This document shows, piece by piece, positions 33,309 to 44,216 of a DNA stretch of 64,000 nucleotides (positions are counted from its first letter, which is position 1; each line of letters starts with the position of its first letter). The position numbers and the translations under genes were made by a program. The notes under the pieces are model-generated. The model saw nothing but the letters and a program-made list of their open reading frames with translations. It did no database searches and was not told the DNA's origin. The DNA is taken from the NCBI GenBank assembly GCA_963718615.1, contig OY970368.1, positions 3,584,001 to 3,648,000 of the forward strand, given 5' to 3'. Origin of the DNA: an uncultured cyanobacterium. GTDB taxonomy: Bacteria; Cyanobacteriota; Cyanobacteriia; PCC-9006; JAAUQQ01.

Positions 33309-34802
33309 ATGAAAGCATTGATGGTCGTTGGTACCACGTCCCATGCCGGGAAATCCCTACTCACCGCAGCGATTTGTCGAATTTTGGCACGCCAAGGTTG
33401 GCGGGTCACGCCGTTTAAGGGGCAAAACATGGCGCTGAACTCCTATGTCACCGCCAGTGGTGGGGAGATTGGTTATGCTCAAGCGCTGCAAGCTTGGGCC
33501 GCAGGAATTGCACCTCGGATTGAGATGAATCCGATTTTGCTCAAGCCTCAGGGGGATATGACCTCTCAGGTGGTGTTGGGGGGACGGGTCGTGGGCAAGA
33601 CAACAGCCCAAGATTACTACGAACAGTATTTTGAGCCCGGTTGGCAGGCGATCGAGGAGTCCCTGCGACGGCTGGCGGCGGAGTTTGATGTGGTGGTGTG
33701 CGAGGGGGCAGGTAGCCCAGCAGAAATTAATCTCAAACACCGCGATTTGACGAACATGCGGGTGGCCAAGCATCTCAATGCCACGACGCTGCTGGTGGTG
33801 GATATTGATCGGGGAGGGGCCTTTGCCCATGTGGTCGGGACGTTGGAATTGCTGGATGAGGATGAGCGATCGCTGATCAAAGGCATTGTCATCAACAAAT
33901 TTCGCGGTCAGCGATCGCTCCTACAGTCAGGTATTGATTGGTTAGAGGAACGGACAGGCATTCCGGTGGTGGGAGTGATTCCCTGGATGGAAGATGTTTT
34001 CCCTGCCGAAGATTCTTTGGATTTGATGGAGCGTCGAGGTCGGGCCAAGCAGGCAGATTTGAATGTAAGTGTGGTGCGTTTTCCCCGCATTGCCAACTTC
34101 ACCGACTTTGATCCCCTAGAGGCGGAGCCCTCGGTTGCGGTCAACTATATTAGCCCCCGTGACTCGATTGGTTATCCCGATGCGCTGATTTTACCCGGCT
34201 CCAAAACCACGATCGCGGATCTGCTCTCGATTCAAAAAACAGGTCTCGCCGAAGAAATCAAAAACTACGCCGCTTCCGGGGGAACCGTGCTGGGGATTTG
34301 CGGCGGTTTTCAAATGATGGGTCGCATTTTGGCGGATCCGGAGGGCATTGAGGGACAAGAAGGCCGGTTCCAGGGTCTCGATTTGCTGCCCATGCGAACG
34401 CTGATTGCAGGGGCGAAGATTGCCCGCCAGCGCATGGTCAGTTCCAACTATCCCCAGGCCGGATTGCCGGTGGTGGGGTATGAACTCCACCATGGTCGGA
34501 GCCAACTGTTGGATGCTGATTCGGTACAGAAATTTGGTGAATATCACCCGCTGTTTGATGACCCCAATCTAGGTTTTGTGGACGACACGCTGTCGATTTG
34601 GGGCACCTATCTCCATGGCATTTTTGATAACGGACCTTGGCGACGGGCTTGGCTCAATCGTCTCCGCCAGCAGCGAGGCCTGAAAGCCTTACCGACCGGG
34701 ATTTCAAATTATCGCAACCAGCGAGAGCAACTGCTGGACAATTTAGCAAAGAAGGTTTTAGAAAATCTGGATTTGGATCGCGTGATGAAGCAGATGGACT
34801 AG
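33309..34802 (+). CDS. cobQ: Cobyric acid synthase
   Basis: GTTSHAGKS, PFKGQNMALNS, EGAGSPAEINL, DIDRGG, NFTDFDPL, GICGGFQM, GTYLHG. Confidence 0.97.
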   Translation: MKALMVVGTTSHAGKSLLTAAICRILARQGWRVTPFKGQNMALNSYVTASGGEIGYAQALQAWAAGIAPRIEMNPILLKPQGDMTSQVVLGGRVVGKTTAQDYYEQYFEPGWQAIEESLRRLAAEFDVVVCEGAGSPAEINLKHRDLTNMRVAKHLNATTLLVVDIDRGGAFAHVVGTLELLDEDERSLIKGIVINKFRGQRSLLQSGIDWLEERTGIPVVGVIPWMEDVFPAEDSLDLMERRGRAKQADLNVSVVRFPRIANFTDFDPLEAEPSVAVNYISPRDSIGYPDALILPGSKTTIADLLSIQKTGLAEEIKNYAASGGTVLGICGGFQMMGRILADPEGIEGQEGRFQGLDLLPMRTLIAGAKIARQRMVSSNYPQAGLPVVGYELHHGRSQLLDADSVQKFGEYHPLFDDPNLGFVDDTLSIWGTYLHGIFDNGPWRRAWLNRLRQQRGLKALPTGISNYRNQREQLLDNLAKKVLENLDLDRVMKQMD

Positions 34803-34856
34803 GCACACCCAGAACAAAGCCCGCCAAGTCTATTAGGTCTACAGCTAAATCTACTT

Positions 34857-35273
34857 TTACCAATAAGGTCGACCTTTCCAGAACACGCCAATGATCACCC
34901 CCAAGAGGTAATCAAGGGAGCTGGAGGTAAATAGGCCTGGAATTATGCTTCCAAAGAGCGATCGCCCAAACAAAACCACCATTAAACAACCGACCAAGGC
35001 CCAGAGGATCCCCGTTTGGAGTGTAATCCAACCGTAAAGTCGCTCAAACAACAACACCGCCAAAGCCCCCACTAGGGCCGCAATCACCAAACGCAAAATC
35101 TGCCAAAGCGGTCCGCTGAAGAGGAGTTCCCAAACCCCCGAGAGACTGGGAAGTGGCAGGAGAACAAAGACCAGAATTGCTTCAAGAACGGTAATGAGAA
35201 ATACCGCGAGACAGGCAGAGGCAAAAGCCGCTGCCCAGGGCAGTTGACGGAGCTGGCGCAGGGGATCACGCAA
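34857..35273 (-). CDS. Conserved cyanobacterial membrane protein
   Basis: MRDPLRQLRQLPW start, four hydrophobic segments, GVFWKGRPYW end. Confidence 0.7.
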   Translation of the reverse strand: MRDPLRQLRQLPWAAAFASACLAVFLITVLEAILVFVLLPLPSLSGVWELLFSGPLWQILRLVIAALVGALAVLLFERLYGWITLQTGILWALVGCLMVVLFGRSLFGSIIPGLFTSSSLDYLLGVIIGVFWKGRPYW

Positions 35274-35288
35274 GATAAAGTCGACTCG

Positions 35289-35330
35289 TGAGGGGTGGGT
35301 CTTGAGAGGTGGGTCTTGAGGGGTGGGTAT
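35289..35330. repeat. 14-bp tandem repeat x3 (TGAGGGGTGGGTCT-like)
   Basis: Read directly; intergenic. Confidence 0.8.
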
Positions 35331-35340
35331 TCAGTGAGTT

Positions 35341-35661
35341 CTATTCGTCTTCTAGATAAGCAACGGTTAGGGCGCAGAGACCAAAGGCCAAGACGAGCGG
35401 CATGGGGGTATTCCAAAGATAGGCGCAGAGACTCGCTAGAGTGGCGATCGCCAATCCCGCCCCGTACCAGGTCCGCTCCGTCGGGCTTAGTCCTTTCTCT
35501 TGCTTAATGGCTTGCAGGACATCTCCGGGAATTGGCTGGGGCAACACCGCTCCGGGCGGAAAAGCCCAGTAATGATAGCGCTCTAAAAACAAATCGGTCC
35601 AGCCATGCTGATCGCACCAATCTTGAATCCATTGATAAGCGTATTTCTTCATATCGTCCAT
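35341..35661 (-). CDS. Slr1957-like conserved cyanobacterial protein
   Basis: WIQDWCDQHGWTDLF...YWAFPPGAVLPQPIP plus two C-terminal TM segments. Confidence 0.75.
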   Translation of the reverse strand: MDDMKKYAYQWIQDWCDQHGWTDLFLERYHYWAFPPGAVLPQPIPGDVLQAIKQEKGLSPTERTWYGAGLAIATLASLCAYLWNTPMPLVLAFGLCALTVAYLEDE

Positions 35662-36002
35662 CCCCGTTCAACCGGATACTCCATCAATAGCAGGAGCCCC
35701 GATTGCGGCGCAGCCTTCCGATATCAAAGTTTACCTACCGGGTGGGTTTCTTTAAGTTCCGTGAGATAAACAAGCGGTTTTGCAGGCGAGGTTTTACAAA
35801 TTGAGGAGCCGAGATGCCTAGGGTGCTCAAAATTCCCCGTAACGATGTAGAGATCGGCTCTAGCCTCAGTACGTTCTGAAGTAAGCGAAGATTGCATTCC
35901 CCTCTAAAATGTTTTATGTTCCGACATAGCCTGATTGAGAAGCTGGTGCAAGGCATTTTTATCCTTCGCTAGCCCAGGAGCCATCTAGCAGGGGGAAGCA
36001 TA

Positions 36003-37487
36003 GTGAGTGCTCTAGAGCCGATTCAGTTGGAGAAATTGCGTGAGATTGGTGCGCTTCTCCAACGGGAACGAGAAAGACAAGGCTTAGATTTGGAAGATGT
36101 TTCGGCTCAAACGCTGATTCGGCCTGCCATTTTGAAGGCGATTGAGGCCGCCGATGCCCGTCCATTGCCCGAGCCGGTTTATCTCAAAGGTTTTATTCGT
36201 CGCTATGGCGATCTTTTAGGATTATCAGGCGTTGCCCTGTCCGATAGTTTTCCCTGGGAGCCCTCCGGCTTTGTTCCGGCGGCCTTTGTGGCAACGGGTG
36301 TGACGACGGCAGCTACGGTGGATGAGGGACCGAAGCGATCGCCCTTCCCCCGAGCGCAGGCCCGCGTGGTAGAACCGGATCCGGTTTTACCCGACGAAGT
36401 TTTACCCGACGAAGTTTTACCCGAAGACAATGCAGAGTTGGAAGCAGAACTAGAAACGGAGCTGCTCTTGGATCGGGCTGAGTTTAACGCGGATGATTCT
36501 ATCCCCTCAGAGTCTGTTTCAGCTTCTAGTCCAGCCGAGTTAGTTCAAACTGAGTCAGTTCAAACTGAAGCTTTACCCATCCCCTTACCCATACCCACTG
36601 AACCGATTCAGCCTAGATCCTTTGACAGCCGTCCTGAACTTCCTCTAGACCCCTTTACACAGCTCCCCCTTACACAGCCCCCCCTATCCCCTCCTGAGCC
36701 CCCTGAAGAATCGCTAGAGTTTAGCCAGCCAGCGCCAGAACCCATACCAGAACCCATACCAGAACCCATCACGGTTGTGCCTCCGGTGGTTCCCCCCACT
36801 TCCAACCCATCCGTTCCAAATACACCCGCTCCAAACCCATTCTCGGAACCCGTGACCCCTGCCCCGGTGCCCTTGGCCCCAGCCGCTACAATGCTGCCAC
36901 CCCCGCCCGTGGCTGTGCCATTACGGGAAGAGGAAGAGTCACGCTCGGGTTTGCCGCTACCTCTGTTGGCCCTAGGGATGGTGCTGTTGGGATTGGGCTT
37001 GGCAATCGCCGCGAGTCTAGGAAACCGCACGCCCCAACCCACTACAACTCCCAATGGTTCCACGACCACGGGTTCCACGACCACGGGTTCCACAACCACG
37101 GGTTCCACAACATCCCCTAAGGACGCAGCCGCGAATCCCTCTAGCCCAGTTGCTGCAACAGCGTCAGCCTCACCGACCCAACCTAAACCAACCCCTTCAG
37201 CCCGTCCCAAGGCCGGTCAGGTTTCCCTGGCGGTAGATATCAAAAATTTAGGCGGGGAGGAAGCCTGGATAGAAGTTTATGTAGATGGTGAACTGAAGCT
37301 TGAAGGCAATCAGCAACCAGGCTTTAAGCAAACTTGGACAGGTCAACGGGAAATTCAGTTCGCCACCGCGCGGCCTGATATCGTTCAGCTTTCGGTTGAC
37401 GGTGCGCCAATGCAGCCCTTTGGCAAGCTTTCAGAGCTGTCGGCGACCAATCCGGCCAAGGTAGCTTCCTTCAAACCAGCTCAATGA
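36003..37487 (+). CDS. RodZ-like HTH membrane protein with a long Pro/Thr-rich linker
   Basis: IGALLQRERERQGL..LPEPVYLKGFIRRYGDLLGL HTH, TM segment, C-terminal AWIEVYVDG domain; several in-frame 12-15 bp repeats. Confidence 0.8.
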   Translation: MSALEPIQLEKLREIGALLQRERERQGLDLEDVSAQTLIRPAILKAIEAADARPLPEPVYLKGFIRRYGDLLGLSGVALSDSFPWEPSGFVPAAFVATGVTTAATVDEGPKRSPFPRAQARVVEPDPVLPDEVLPDEVLPEDNAELEAELETELLLDRAEFNADDSIPSESVSASSPAELVQTESVQTEALPIPLPIPTEPIQPRSFDSRPELPLDPFTQLPLTQPPLSPPEPPEESLEFSQPAPEPIPEPIPEPITVVPPVVPPTSNPSVPNTPAPNPFSEPVTPAPVPLAPAATMLPPPPVAVPLREEEESRSGLPLPLLALGMVLLGLGLAIAASLGNRTPQPTTTPNGSTTTGSTTTGSTTTGSTTSPKDAAANPSSPVAATASASPTQPKPTPSARPKAGQVSLAVDIKNLGGEEAWIEVYVDGELKLEGNQQPGFKQTWTGQREIQFATARPDIVQLSVDGAPMQPFGKLSELSATNPAKVASFKPAQ

Positions 37488-38668
37488 GCACGGGCATTGC
37501 CCCTCGGGTTTTGATCCTAGGGGGAACGGGACGGATTGGGACAGCGGTGGCCCTGGATTTGCTGCGATATAGTGAAGCCCATCTGATCCTGGCAAGCCGT
37601 CAGTCTCGTCTCCCTGCCTCGCTCACAGCGGTTGAGGCGACCGGACGGGTGGAGCGCTTAGCGTTGAATTTGGAGCAGGCAGAGGCATTGCAAAGGGCGA
37701 TCGCCTCAGTTCAGTTGGTCATTCACTGCGCTGGTCCTTTCCGCCATCGCGATCTGCGGGTTTTGCAAGGCTGTATTGCGGCGCGGGTGCCCTATCTGGA
37801 TGTGGCGGATTCGTCGGACTATGTGCGATCGGCCCTGGCACTCCGCAAGGCAGCAGCGGCAGCGGGGGTGACCGCCATCGTCAGCACGGGGGTCTTTCCT
37901 GGTATTTCCAACAGCATGGTGCGTTTGGCAGCTGAACCCTTTGAGCGCATTGACCAAATCCAACTCAACTATGCCGTTGCCGGATCGGGCGGAGCAGGGC
38001 TGACGGTTCTGCGAACCACCTTTTTGGAGTTGCAGCACCCTTTTGAAGCTTGGCTCGAAGGTCGCTGGCAAACGGTCCAGCCTTACAGTCAGCCAGAGCC
38101 CGTGACCTTTCCCGCCCCCTACGGCACCGTCCCCGTTTACTGGTTTAACACCAGCGAAGCCGCTACGCTGCCCAAAAGTTTTGCGGCCCAGACGGTGATC
38201 ACCAAATTTGGATCGCTGCCCCAGGCGTATAACCGCCTCACCGCTGCCATGACCCGAGCGCCTTGGCGGGCCCTGTTAAACCAACCCTGGGCAGTTGAAC
38301 GATTGGCGCGGGTGAGCTATGCCATGACCCAGGTGAGCGATCGCTTCAGCGGTGTCGGTCTTGCCATGCAGGCTCGTGTTACAGGGATTCTCCTCGGGGA
38401 TGCCCAGATCGGGGATGCCCAGCTCGTCGATAGTCCACAAGATCCACCTCGACCCTCGACCCATCAAGTTACGTTTTGTCATCCCCACACCGCCGGGGCT
38501 GCCGGGGTCGGAACCGGGGCGATCGCAACCGCTATACTCACCGGACGACTGCAAAAACCAGGGGTTTGGCCCGTGGAACAGGCAATCTCCAATGCCCTAT
38601 TTCTGCGGGCATTGGCGGACCGTCAGCTAAGCCAGCAGCTCCATTTAGAAAATTTAGCAATCGGTTAG
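37484..38668 (+). CDS. Saccharopine dehydrogenase-like oxidoreductase
   Basis: LILGGTGRIG, HCAGPF, TGVFPGISN, PGVWPVEQ. Confidence 0.85.
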   Translation: MSTGIAPRVLILGGTGRIGTAVALDLLRYSEAHLILASRQSRLPASLTAVEATGRVERLALNLEQAEALQRAIASVQLVIHCAGPFRHRDLRVLQGCIAARVPYLDVADSSDYVRSALALRKAAAAAGVTAIVSTGVFPGISNSMVRLAAEPFERIDQIQLNYAVAGSGGAGLTVLRTTFLELQHPFEAWLEGRWQTVQPYSQPEPVTFPAPYGTVPVYWFNTSEAATLPKSFAAQTVITKFGSLPQAYNRLTAAMTRAPWRALLNQPWAVERLARVSYAMTQVSDRFSGVGLAMQARVTGILLGDAQIGDAQLVDSPQDPPRPSTHQVTFCHPHTAGAAGVGTGAIATAILTGRLQKPGVWPVEQAISNALFLRALADRQLSQQLHLENLAIG

Positions 38669-38876
38669 AGATCGGTTCAGAGATAGCTGAGAGACAGCTG
38701 AGAGCCCTAGATTGCAGCCGGGGCGCAACCATTGCGAAATGCAAAGCAAGCAGGACTGGGCGATCGCCAAATCGTCCAAAGATTACGATTCTTCGTGCTT
38801 TTTGGAACAGCGGGAGGTCGACGGTGCTAGGATTGCCACAGATACAAGAAGGATAAAGAAGGAAGAAAAGAAGTAG

Positions 38877-41024
38877 ATGCAAGAAATCGATAAGTCGATA
38901 TCCTTCGACGGTAGGGATATCAGACTGAAGGCAGGCCTACTCGCTCCACAGGCCGGTGGTTGTGTGCTCATTCAGTCGGGAGAAACGGCGGTTCTGGTCA
39001 CGGCGACCCGAGGTAAAGGCCGAGACGGCATTGATTTTTTACCCCTGGTTGTAGATTACGAAGAACGTCTCTATGCCGCAGGTCGGATTCCTGGCGGTTT
39101 TCTACGGCGAGAAGGACGACCTCCGGAAAAGGCAATTTTGGTAAGTCGATTGATCGATCGCCCGATGCGACCGCTCTTTCCCCAGTGGATCCGAGACGAT
39201 ATCCAGATTGTGGCTACGACATTGTCCCTCGACGAAAGCGTACCACCGGATGTTTTGGCGGTAACCGGGGCTTCGATCGCCACGTTAATTGCTCAAATTC
39301 CCTTCTATGGACCGATGGCTGCGGTCCGCGTGGGTCTAGTGGGCGACGACTTCATCATCAACCCCACCTACGATGAAGTCGACAATGGGGACCTCGACTT
39401 AGTCGTCGCAGGGTCGCCCGAAGGCATCATCATGGTGGAAGCTGGGGCCAACCAACTGCCCGAGCAGGATGTCATTGAGGCGATCGAGTTTGGCTACGAG
39501 GCCGTTCAAGATCTGATCCAGGCCCAGCGGGAGCTATTAGACGAACTGGGTCTGACCCAAGTCATGCCCGTCCCCCCCGAAGAAGACAACACGGTGATGG
39601 ACTTCGTCACCCAGAAGGGGAAGAAAGGCATTACTAAGATCCTGGCGGCCCAGGCGGACAAGACCACCCGTGATGCGGCCCTAGATGAGCTCAAAGACGA
39701 GGTTGCTGCCGAAATCACTGCTATGGCTGAGGATGAGCCTGTGCGGGTGGCGGTGGACACAGACAGCAAAGTCTTTGCCAACAGCTTTAAGGCTCTGACC
39801 AAGCAGCTCATGCGTCAGCGGGTGTTGGACGAAGGGATCCGGGTTGATGGGCGCAAACTGGATGAAGTTCGTCCAATTTCCTGCCGAACGGGATTACTGC
39901 CTGCTCGGGTCCATGGCTGCGGTCTATTCCAGCGGGGTCTCACCCAGGTAATGTCGATTACGACGCTGGGAACCCCTGGAGATGCTCAGATGATGGACGA
40001 TCTCCACCCCGATACGGAGAAGCGTTATCTCCACCACTATAATTTCCCTCCCTATTCTGTTGGGGAAGCACGACCGATGCGATCGCCCGGTCGTCGCGAG
40101 GTGGGCCACGGGGCCTTAGCGGAGCGTGCCATCATCCCTGTCCTCCCCCCCCAAAAGGATTTCCCCTACGTCATTCGGGTGGTGTCTGAGGTGCTCTCCT
40201 CGGACGGCTCTACCTCCATGGGGTCAGTGTGTGGTTCAACCCTCTCGCTGATGCATGCAGGGGTCCCCATTATCAAGCCGGTGAGCGGCGCGGCCATGGG
40301 GCTGATCAAAGAGGGAGAAGAGGTTCGTATCCTGACTGACATTCAGGGGCTCGAAGACTTCCTGGGCGACATGGATTTCAAAGTAGCCGGAACCGACGAC
40401 GGTATCACAGCGCTGCAAATGGACATGAAAATCCATGGACTGCCGGTTGAGACGATCGCCATTGCGATTAATCAAGCCCGTCCGGCACGGCTGCACATCC
40501 TCAACAAAATGTTGGAAGCGATTGACGTTCCCTCAACGGAAATCTCGCCCTATGCACCCCGTCTGATGACGATCAAGATCGATCCGGATTTGATCGGCTT
40601 GGTGATTGGACCGGGCGGTAAAACCATTAAAGGCATTACCGAACGGACAGGGGCCAAGGTGGATATCGCAGACGACGGCACCGTTGTGATTTCTTCCATC
40701 GATGGGGCGGGGGCAAAACAAGCCCGTGCCATTATCGAAGGGATGACCAAGCGCGTCAGCGCCGGGGATGTCTACGCGGGTAAGGTCACACGGATTATTC
40801 CGATTGGGGCGTTTGTGGAGTTCCTTCCTGGCAAAGAAGGCATGATCCACATTTCTCAGTTGGCCGAACACCGCGTTGGCAAGGTTGAGGATGAGGTCTC
40901 CGTGGGAGATTCTGTCGTCATCAAGGTTCGAGAAATCGACAGCCGTAACCGGATTAATCTGACCCGTTTAGGGATTCATCCCGACGAAGCAGAGCGGGTG
41001 CTGGCTGAAGCCGGTTTGGGCTAG
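38877..41024 (+). CDS. pnp: Polyribonucleotide nucleotidyltransferase
   Basis: [41 protein letters not shown]; KH and S1 domains. Confidence 0.98.
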   Translation: MQEIDKSISFDGRDIRLKAGLLAPQAGGCVLIQSGETAVLVTATRGKGRDGIDFLPLVVDYEERLYAAGRIPGGFLRREGRPPEKAILVSRLIDRPMRPLFPQWIRDDIQIVATTLSLDESVPPDVLAVTGASIATLIAQIPFYGPMAAVRVGLVGDDFIINPTYDEVDNGDLDLVVAGSPEGIIMVEAGANQLPEQDVIEAIEFGYEAVQDLIQAQRELLDELGLTQVMPVPPEEDNTVMDFVTQKGKKGITKILAAQADKTTRDAALDELKDEVAAEITAMAEDEPVRVAVDTDSKVFANSFKALTKQLMRQRVLDEGIRVDGRKLDEVRPISCRTGLLPARVHGCGLFQRGLTQVMSITTLGTPGDAQMMDDLHPDTEKRYLHHYNFPPYSVGEARPMRSPGRREVGHGALAERAIIPVLPPQKDFPYVIRVVSEVLSSDGSTSMGSVCGSTLSLMHAGVPIIKPVSGAAMGLIKEGEEVRILTDIQGLEDFLGDMDFKVAGTDDGITALQMDMKIHGLPVETIAIAINQARPARLHILNKMLEAIDVPSTEISPYAPRLMTIKIDPDLIGLVIGPGGKTIKGITERTGAKVDIADDGTVVISSIDGAGAKQARAIIEGMTKRVSAGDVYAGKVTRIIPIGAFVEFLPGKEGMIHISQLAEHRVGKVEDEVSVGDSVVIKVREIDSRNRINLTRLGIHPDEAERVLAEAGLG

Positions 41025-41048
41025 TTAGCCTGACCAACGAAAGGATTC

Positions 41049-41084
41049 AAGAGAGGTGCGGGATTTTTCCTCACCTCTTTTTTA
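41049..41084 (+). terminator. Rho-independent terminator of pnp
   Basis: AGAGGTG...CACCTCT stem followed by a T-run. Confidence 0.75.
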
Positions 41085-41152
41085 TGACCCATTGATTGTA
41101 TAAACCATTGGGTCAGTTGTTCATCTGGGTTGGCTGAAAAGGAACATTGACT

Positions 41153-41866
41153 ATGCTTGCATATCATTCCTCGACTCGTTTAAGCGATTTTATCCGAAGG
41201 AGAATTCTCTTCATCGCGGTGGCGATCGCGATTGGTTTCTTAGCCGTTTCCTGTACGAAGACAGAGCCAAAAACAACCGTTACTGCGGCTGCGGGCATTG
41301 CACCTCAGCAGGTAGCAGACTATATTCATGCGGTTTTAGCAGCGGATCGCACCGCCTATAGCCAGCACGTAGTGAATCGCGCTAAACAGCTAGAAGGCCA
41401 AAAACAAACGAATGGAGTTATAAACACCAATGTAGCTGAAGCTTGGCAACAAGTGGATGGAATTCCACTCCCAGCTCAAATGTTTCGATTGGGAGCTGAA
41501 ATTGCGTCCGAGGATGGAACCTTCACGTATGGTCTAATTTCGCCTTGGAATATCAACGATAACCAATCGCCAAAAAACGAGTTTGAAAAAACGGCGATGC
41601 AAACAGTCATTGAAACGGGTGAACCCTTCAAGGATTATCAAGAAATTGGAGGCAAGCCATATTTCTCGGTACTCTATCCAGATCAGGCGATCGCTGAATC
41701 CTGTATCACTTGCCACAACAATCACCCCATTCACAAAGCGCGTTATCCCGATAAAGTCTTTAAAATGGGAGAGGTGATGGGCGGTATTATCATCAATTTA
41801 CCTTTGGAAAATTTATCCTTAGGAACAAGGATTGAAAAGAGCTTGCTGAAAAAACAAAATCAATAG
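41153..41866 (+). CDS. DUF3365/Tll0287-like c-type heme lipoprotein
   Basis: LAVSC lipobox-like motif, P.NEFEK, CITCH heme motif, GEVMGGII. Confidence 0.75.
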   Translation: MLAYHSSTRLSDFIRRRILFIAVAIAIGFLAVSCTKTEPKTTVTAAAGIAPQQVADYIHAVLAADRTAYSQHVVNRAKQLEGQKQTNGVINTNVAEAWQQVDGIPLPAQMFRLGAEIASEDGTFTYGLISPWNINDNQSPKNEFEKTAMQTVIETGEPFKDYQEIGGKPYFSVLYPDQAIAESCITCHNNHPIHKARYPDKVFKMGEVMGGIIINLPLENLSLGTRIEKSLLKKQNQ

Positions 41867-41949
41867 ACCTCTTGCACGGATGCCATCTTGAGGATTGAAA
41901 CCCTATTGAATTCGTTAAGTTTCATGATTTATGCAAGAGGTCTATTGAT
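41859..41949. mobile_element. MITE-like element with an 18-bp perfect inverted repeat
   Basis: ATCAATAGACCTCTTGCA (41859-41876) and TGCAAGAGGTCTATTGAT (41932-41949); no ORF between them. Confidence 0.65.
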
Positions 41950-42350
41950 ATACCGTCCTTACAACCAATAAAAGCATCAGTAAGTGCGAGGTCAATTTAC
42001 GCATCCTCGACGTTTCAGCCGATTTAGCCTTGCGTTTGGAAATCTAAGGCCCTTAAAAAAATAGATTTTGGGAAGGAGCCTATAAGGGTTTCAAGCCATG
42101 TTTGGCTAGAGGAGACTTTTTCAGCAAGCCTTACTTCAAGCTGAACCCGCTCAAATCAAGCTCGCTCATGCGCCTCCCGTTGCTGACATGCTGCAAAGGC
42201 AATAGTTCGAGATGGCTTCTTCTCTGAAGTCACTCTTCCGGTTGGAAATAGACAGCTACTATAGGGGCTATGGGAGTGATTTGTCTAAGATGGGCCACAG
42301 GTTGGCCTTGGATGCCGCTTCTATCCTAGGGCGAGCAAGGGCTGTGGGTA

Positions 42351-43208
42351 TTAGGCATTGGCATCCTGATGCTCCTCCCTGTAGGCACAGGACTTGGTGC
42401 TCTTGTTTGGCTGAGCTAAGGGGTGCAGAAGTTGTCCCACTAAAGATGAAGAGACTAATTCATCAATCCCGTATTTGCTAGGCCACCGGTGCTTGGGTAG
42501 ATAGAATGTACCAAACATCTTGTCTATCCAAGGGAAAATAGCAGCATAGTTCTTGTCAAAATACTCTGGATCATCATTGGTGTGATGCCAATGGTGAAAA
42601 GCGGGGGTTGCAACCAATCTCTCCAACCAACCAAAACGCCAGCGAACATTGGCATGGACGAAGAAACTCCAAATTGTCCCAAAGACCATATAGAGTAATG
42701 GGATGATATCCGCTGTATCCGCCGTGGGCTGTGCCAAACCCATTAGATAGAGCGGCACCAAGCCACAAAGTCGAATAAAAAACATGTCTAAAGGATGGGC
42801 GCGGGTATTGACGAGCCAGTCCATTGCCTTGGCGCTATGGTGGATTGCATGGAATCGCCATAGGAAGGGAAACTCGTGCATCCAGCGATGTCCCCAATAG
42901 GCCCCAAATTCACCCACGATAATGGCTAGGAGAAAGCGCGTCCCGACCGATAGGCTTGCAACCCCCGCGTATAGGCCAGTGGGTTCAAGGCGATGAACGG
43001 CCCAGGCAAGGATTGATAGTGGCAGGACTAAGAGGAATTTAGGTAAAAGACTGTTTAGGAAATAATAGAGTAAATCGATTAGAAATTCTTGACGGAATAC
43101 TTTTTGTTTGTGCTGAGGGCTGAGCCTTTCCAGGGGCACAAAAATGAGCAGCAACAGGCCTAACCAAACCGATAGTCTCAGGGCATCTACAAGGAGTGAT
43201 GAGATCAT
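42351..43208 (-). CDS. Sterol desaturase / fatty-acid hydroxylase family protein
   Basis: His boxes HRWMH, HAIHHS, HAN, HHWHH; KNYA...DKMFGT. Confidence 0.92.
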   Translation of the reverse strand: MISSLLVDALRLSVWLGLLLLIFVPLERLSPQHKQKVFRQEFLIDLLYYFLNSLLPKFLLVLPLSILAWAVHRLEPTGLYAGVASLSVGTRFLLAIIVGEFGAYWGHRWMHEFPFLWRFHAIHHSAKAMDWLVNTRAHPLDMFFIRLCGLVPLYLMGLAQPTADTADIIPLLYMVFGTIWSFFVHANVRWRFGWLERLVATPAFHHWHHTNDDPEYFDKNYAAIFPWIDKMFGTFYLPKHRWPSKYGIDELVSSSLVGQLLHPLAQPNKSTKSCAYREEHQDANA

Positions 43209-43258
43209 GTTTTTTGGGTAGATTAACTAACCTATTGTTTGGCGTACAGATATAGTAG

Positions 43259-43296
43259 AACTACCTATGCTAGCGACTAAGGCAGCATAGGTAGTT
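43259..43296. terminator. 13-bp stem hairpin between the PTPA-CTERM and desaturase genes
   Basis: AACTACCTATGCT / AGCATAGGTAGTT perfect inverted repeat. Confidence 0.55.
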
Positions 43297-43412
43297 GACC
43301 TAACAAGTGAGTTAGGCATCAGGGACGTTAATCAAGCGTCAAGATGCCAAGGTTCAAAGGTGGTTTGAGCATGTTCAACTGTTCAAACCATTCATTTTTA
43401 AGCAGTCGCAGA

Positions 43413-44216
43413 TTACTCTGCTGAGTTGCCTTTGCGCTTGCGTAAAATAGTCATCCCGAAGCCCAGTAACCCTGGCAGTAGTGCGGGGGTTGGGACGGCT
43501 GTCGGTGGGGGTGTTTCTTCTACAGAGATACCCGATAACAGCGAAAAGGGCGGCTGGCCAACCGGAGAGCCTGTAGCCAAGAAACTCAGCAATTGAGTGG
43601 AAGAATCGGCGGTGAACTCTAGAGTTTGTTTCTGCCAAGCACTCACAGGAGCTTGACTCGCATGATTCATCACGGTGGAGAGCTGGCTATTGCCACCGAA
43701 ACTCACATTCCATCCTGCGGTCACATCACCATTAAAGCCCTGTTGCTGCGCGGATGCCTGGAAAAAACTCACGGTATAGTTCTTCCCTGCTGTGAGACCG
43801 GTCAATTGTTGACTAATCGCAGCGGTTGGCGAAGCGGGACCATAAGCCCCATCACTCGCGAGAAACCAGCCCGATCCGTCAGCGCTATTAACAGTCTGTC
43901 CAGCGGAATAAAATGATACTGGTATGTTGCCAGGGCCTGCAAGACCTACACCATTGGGATCGGGACCGTTGCCTTCCAGATTGATATTTGTTGTGGCATT
44001 GCTGCCATCTCCAATCAAGAAGCTATAGCCGATTTGGCTTAGATCCCAGTCTGCGATAGTCTCCTGCTGGCTGCCTAGATAGGCTGACTGTGTTGTGAGA
44101 CTGTTGGTGGAAAAACCGCCATTCTTGACGAGATTAGCGGCTTGGGCAGCAGACCCAATCACGGAGAAGCCAACGACAGACAAGCCGATTACGGCTGTAT
44201 TTAATGCATTTTTCAT
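43413..44216 (-). CDS. PEP-CTERM-type (PTPA-CTERM) surface protein
   Basis: Signal peptide ending AAQA, NLVKNGGF, C-terminal VPTPALLPGLLGFGMTILRKRK. Confidence 0.9.
   Translation of the reverse strand: MKNALNTAVIGLSVVGFSVIGSAAQAANLVKNGGFSTNSLTTQSAYLGSQQETIADWDLSQIGYSFLIGDGSNATTNINLEGNGPDPNGVGLAGPGNIPVSFYSAGQTVNSADGSGWFLASDGAYGPASPTAAISQQLTGLTAGKNYTVSFFQASAQQQGFNGDVTAGWNVSFGGNSQLSTVMNHASQAPVSAWQKQTLEFTADSSTQLLSFLATGSPVGQPPFSLLSGISVEETPPPTAVPTPALLPGLLGFGMTILRKRKGNSAE

Noticed and set aside
33106-33430. Small ORFs with ETPEL or QAQGS repeats
   Set aside because: These are translations of the 15-bp intergenic tandem repeat and overlap neighbouring genes.
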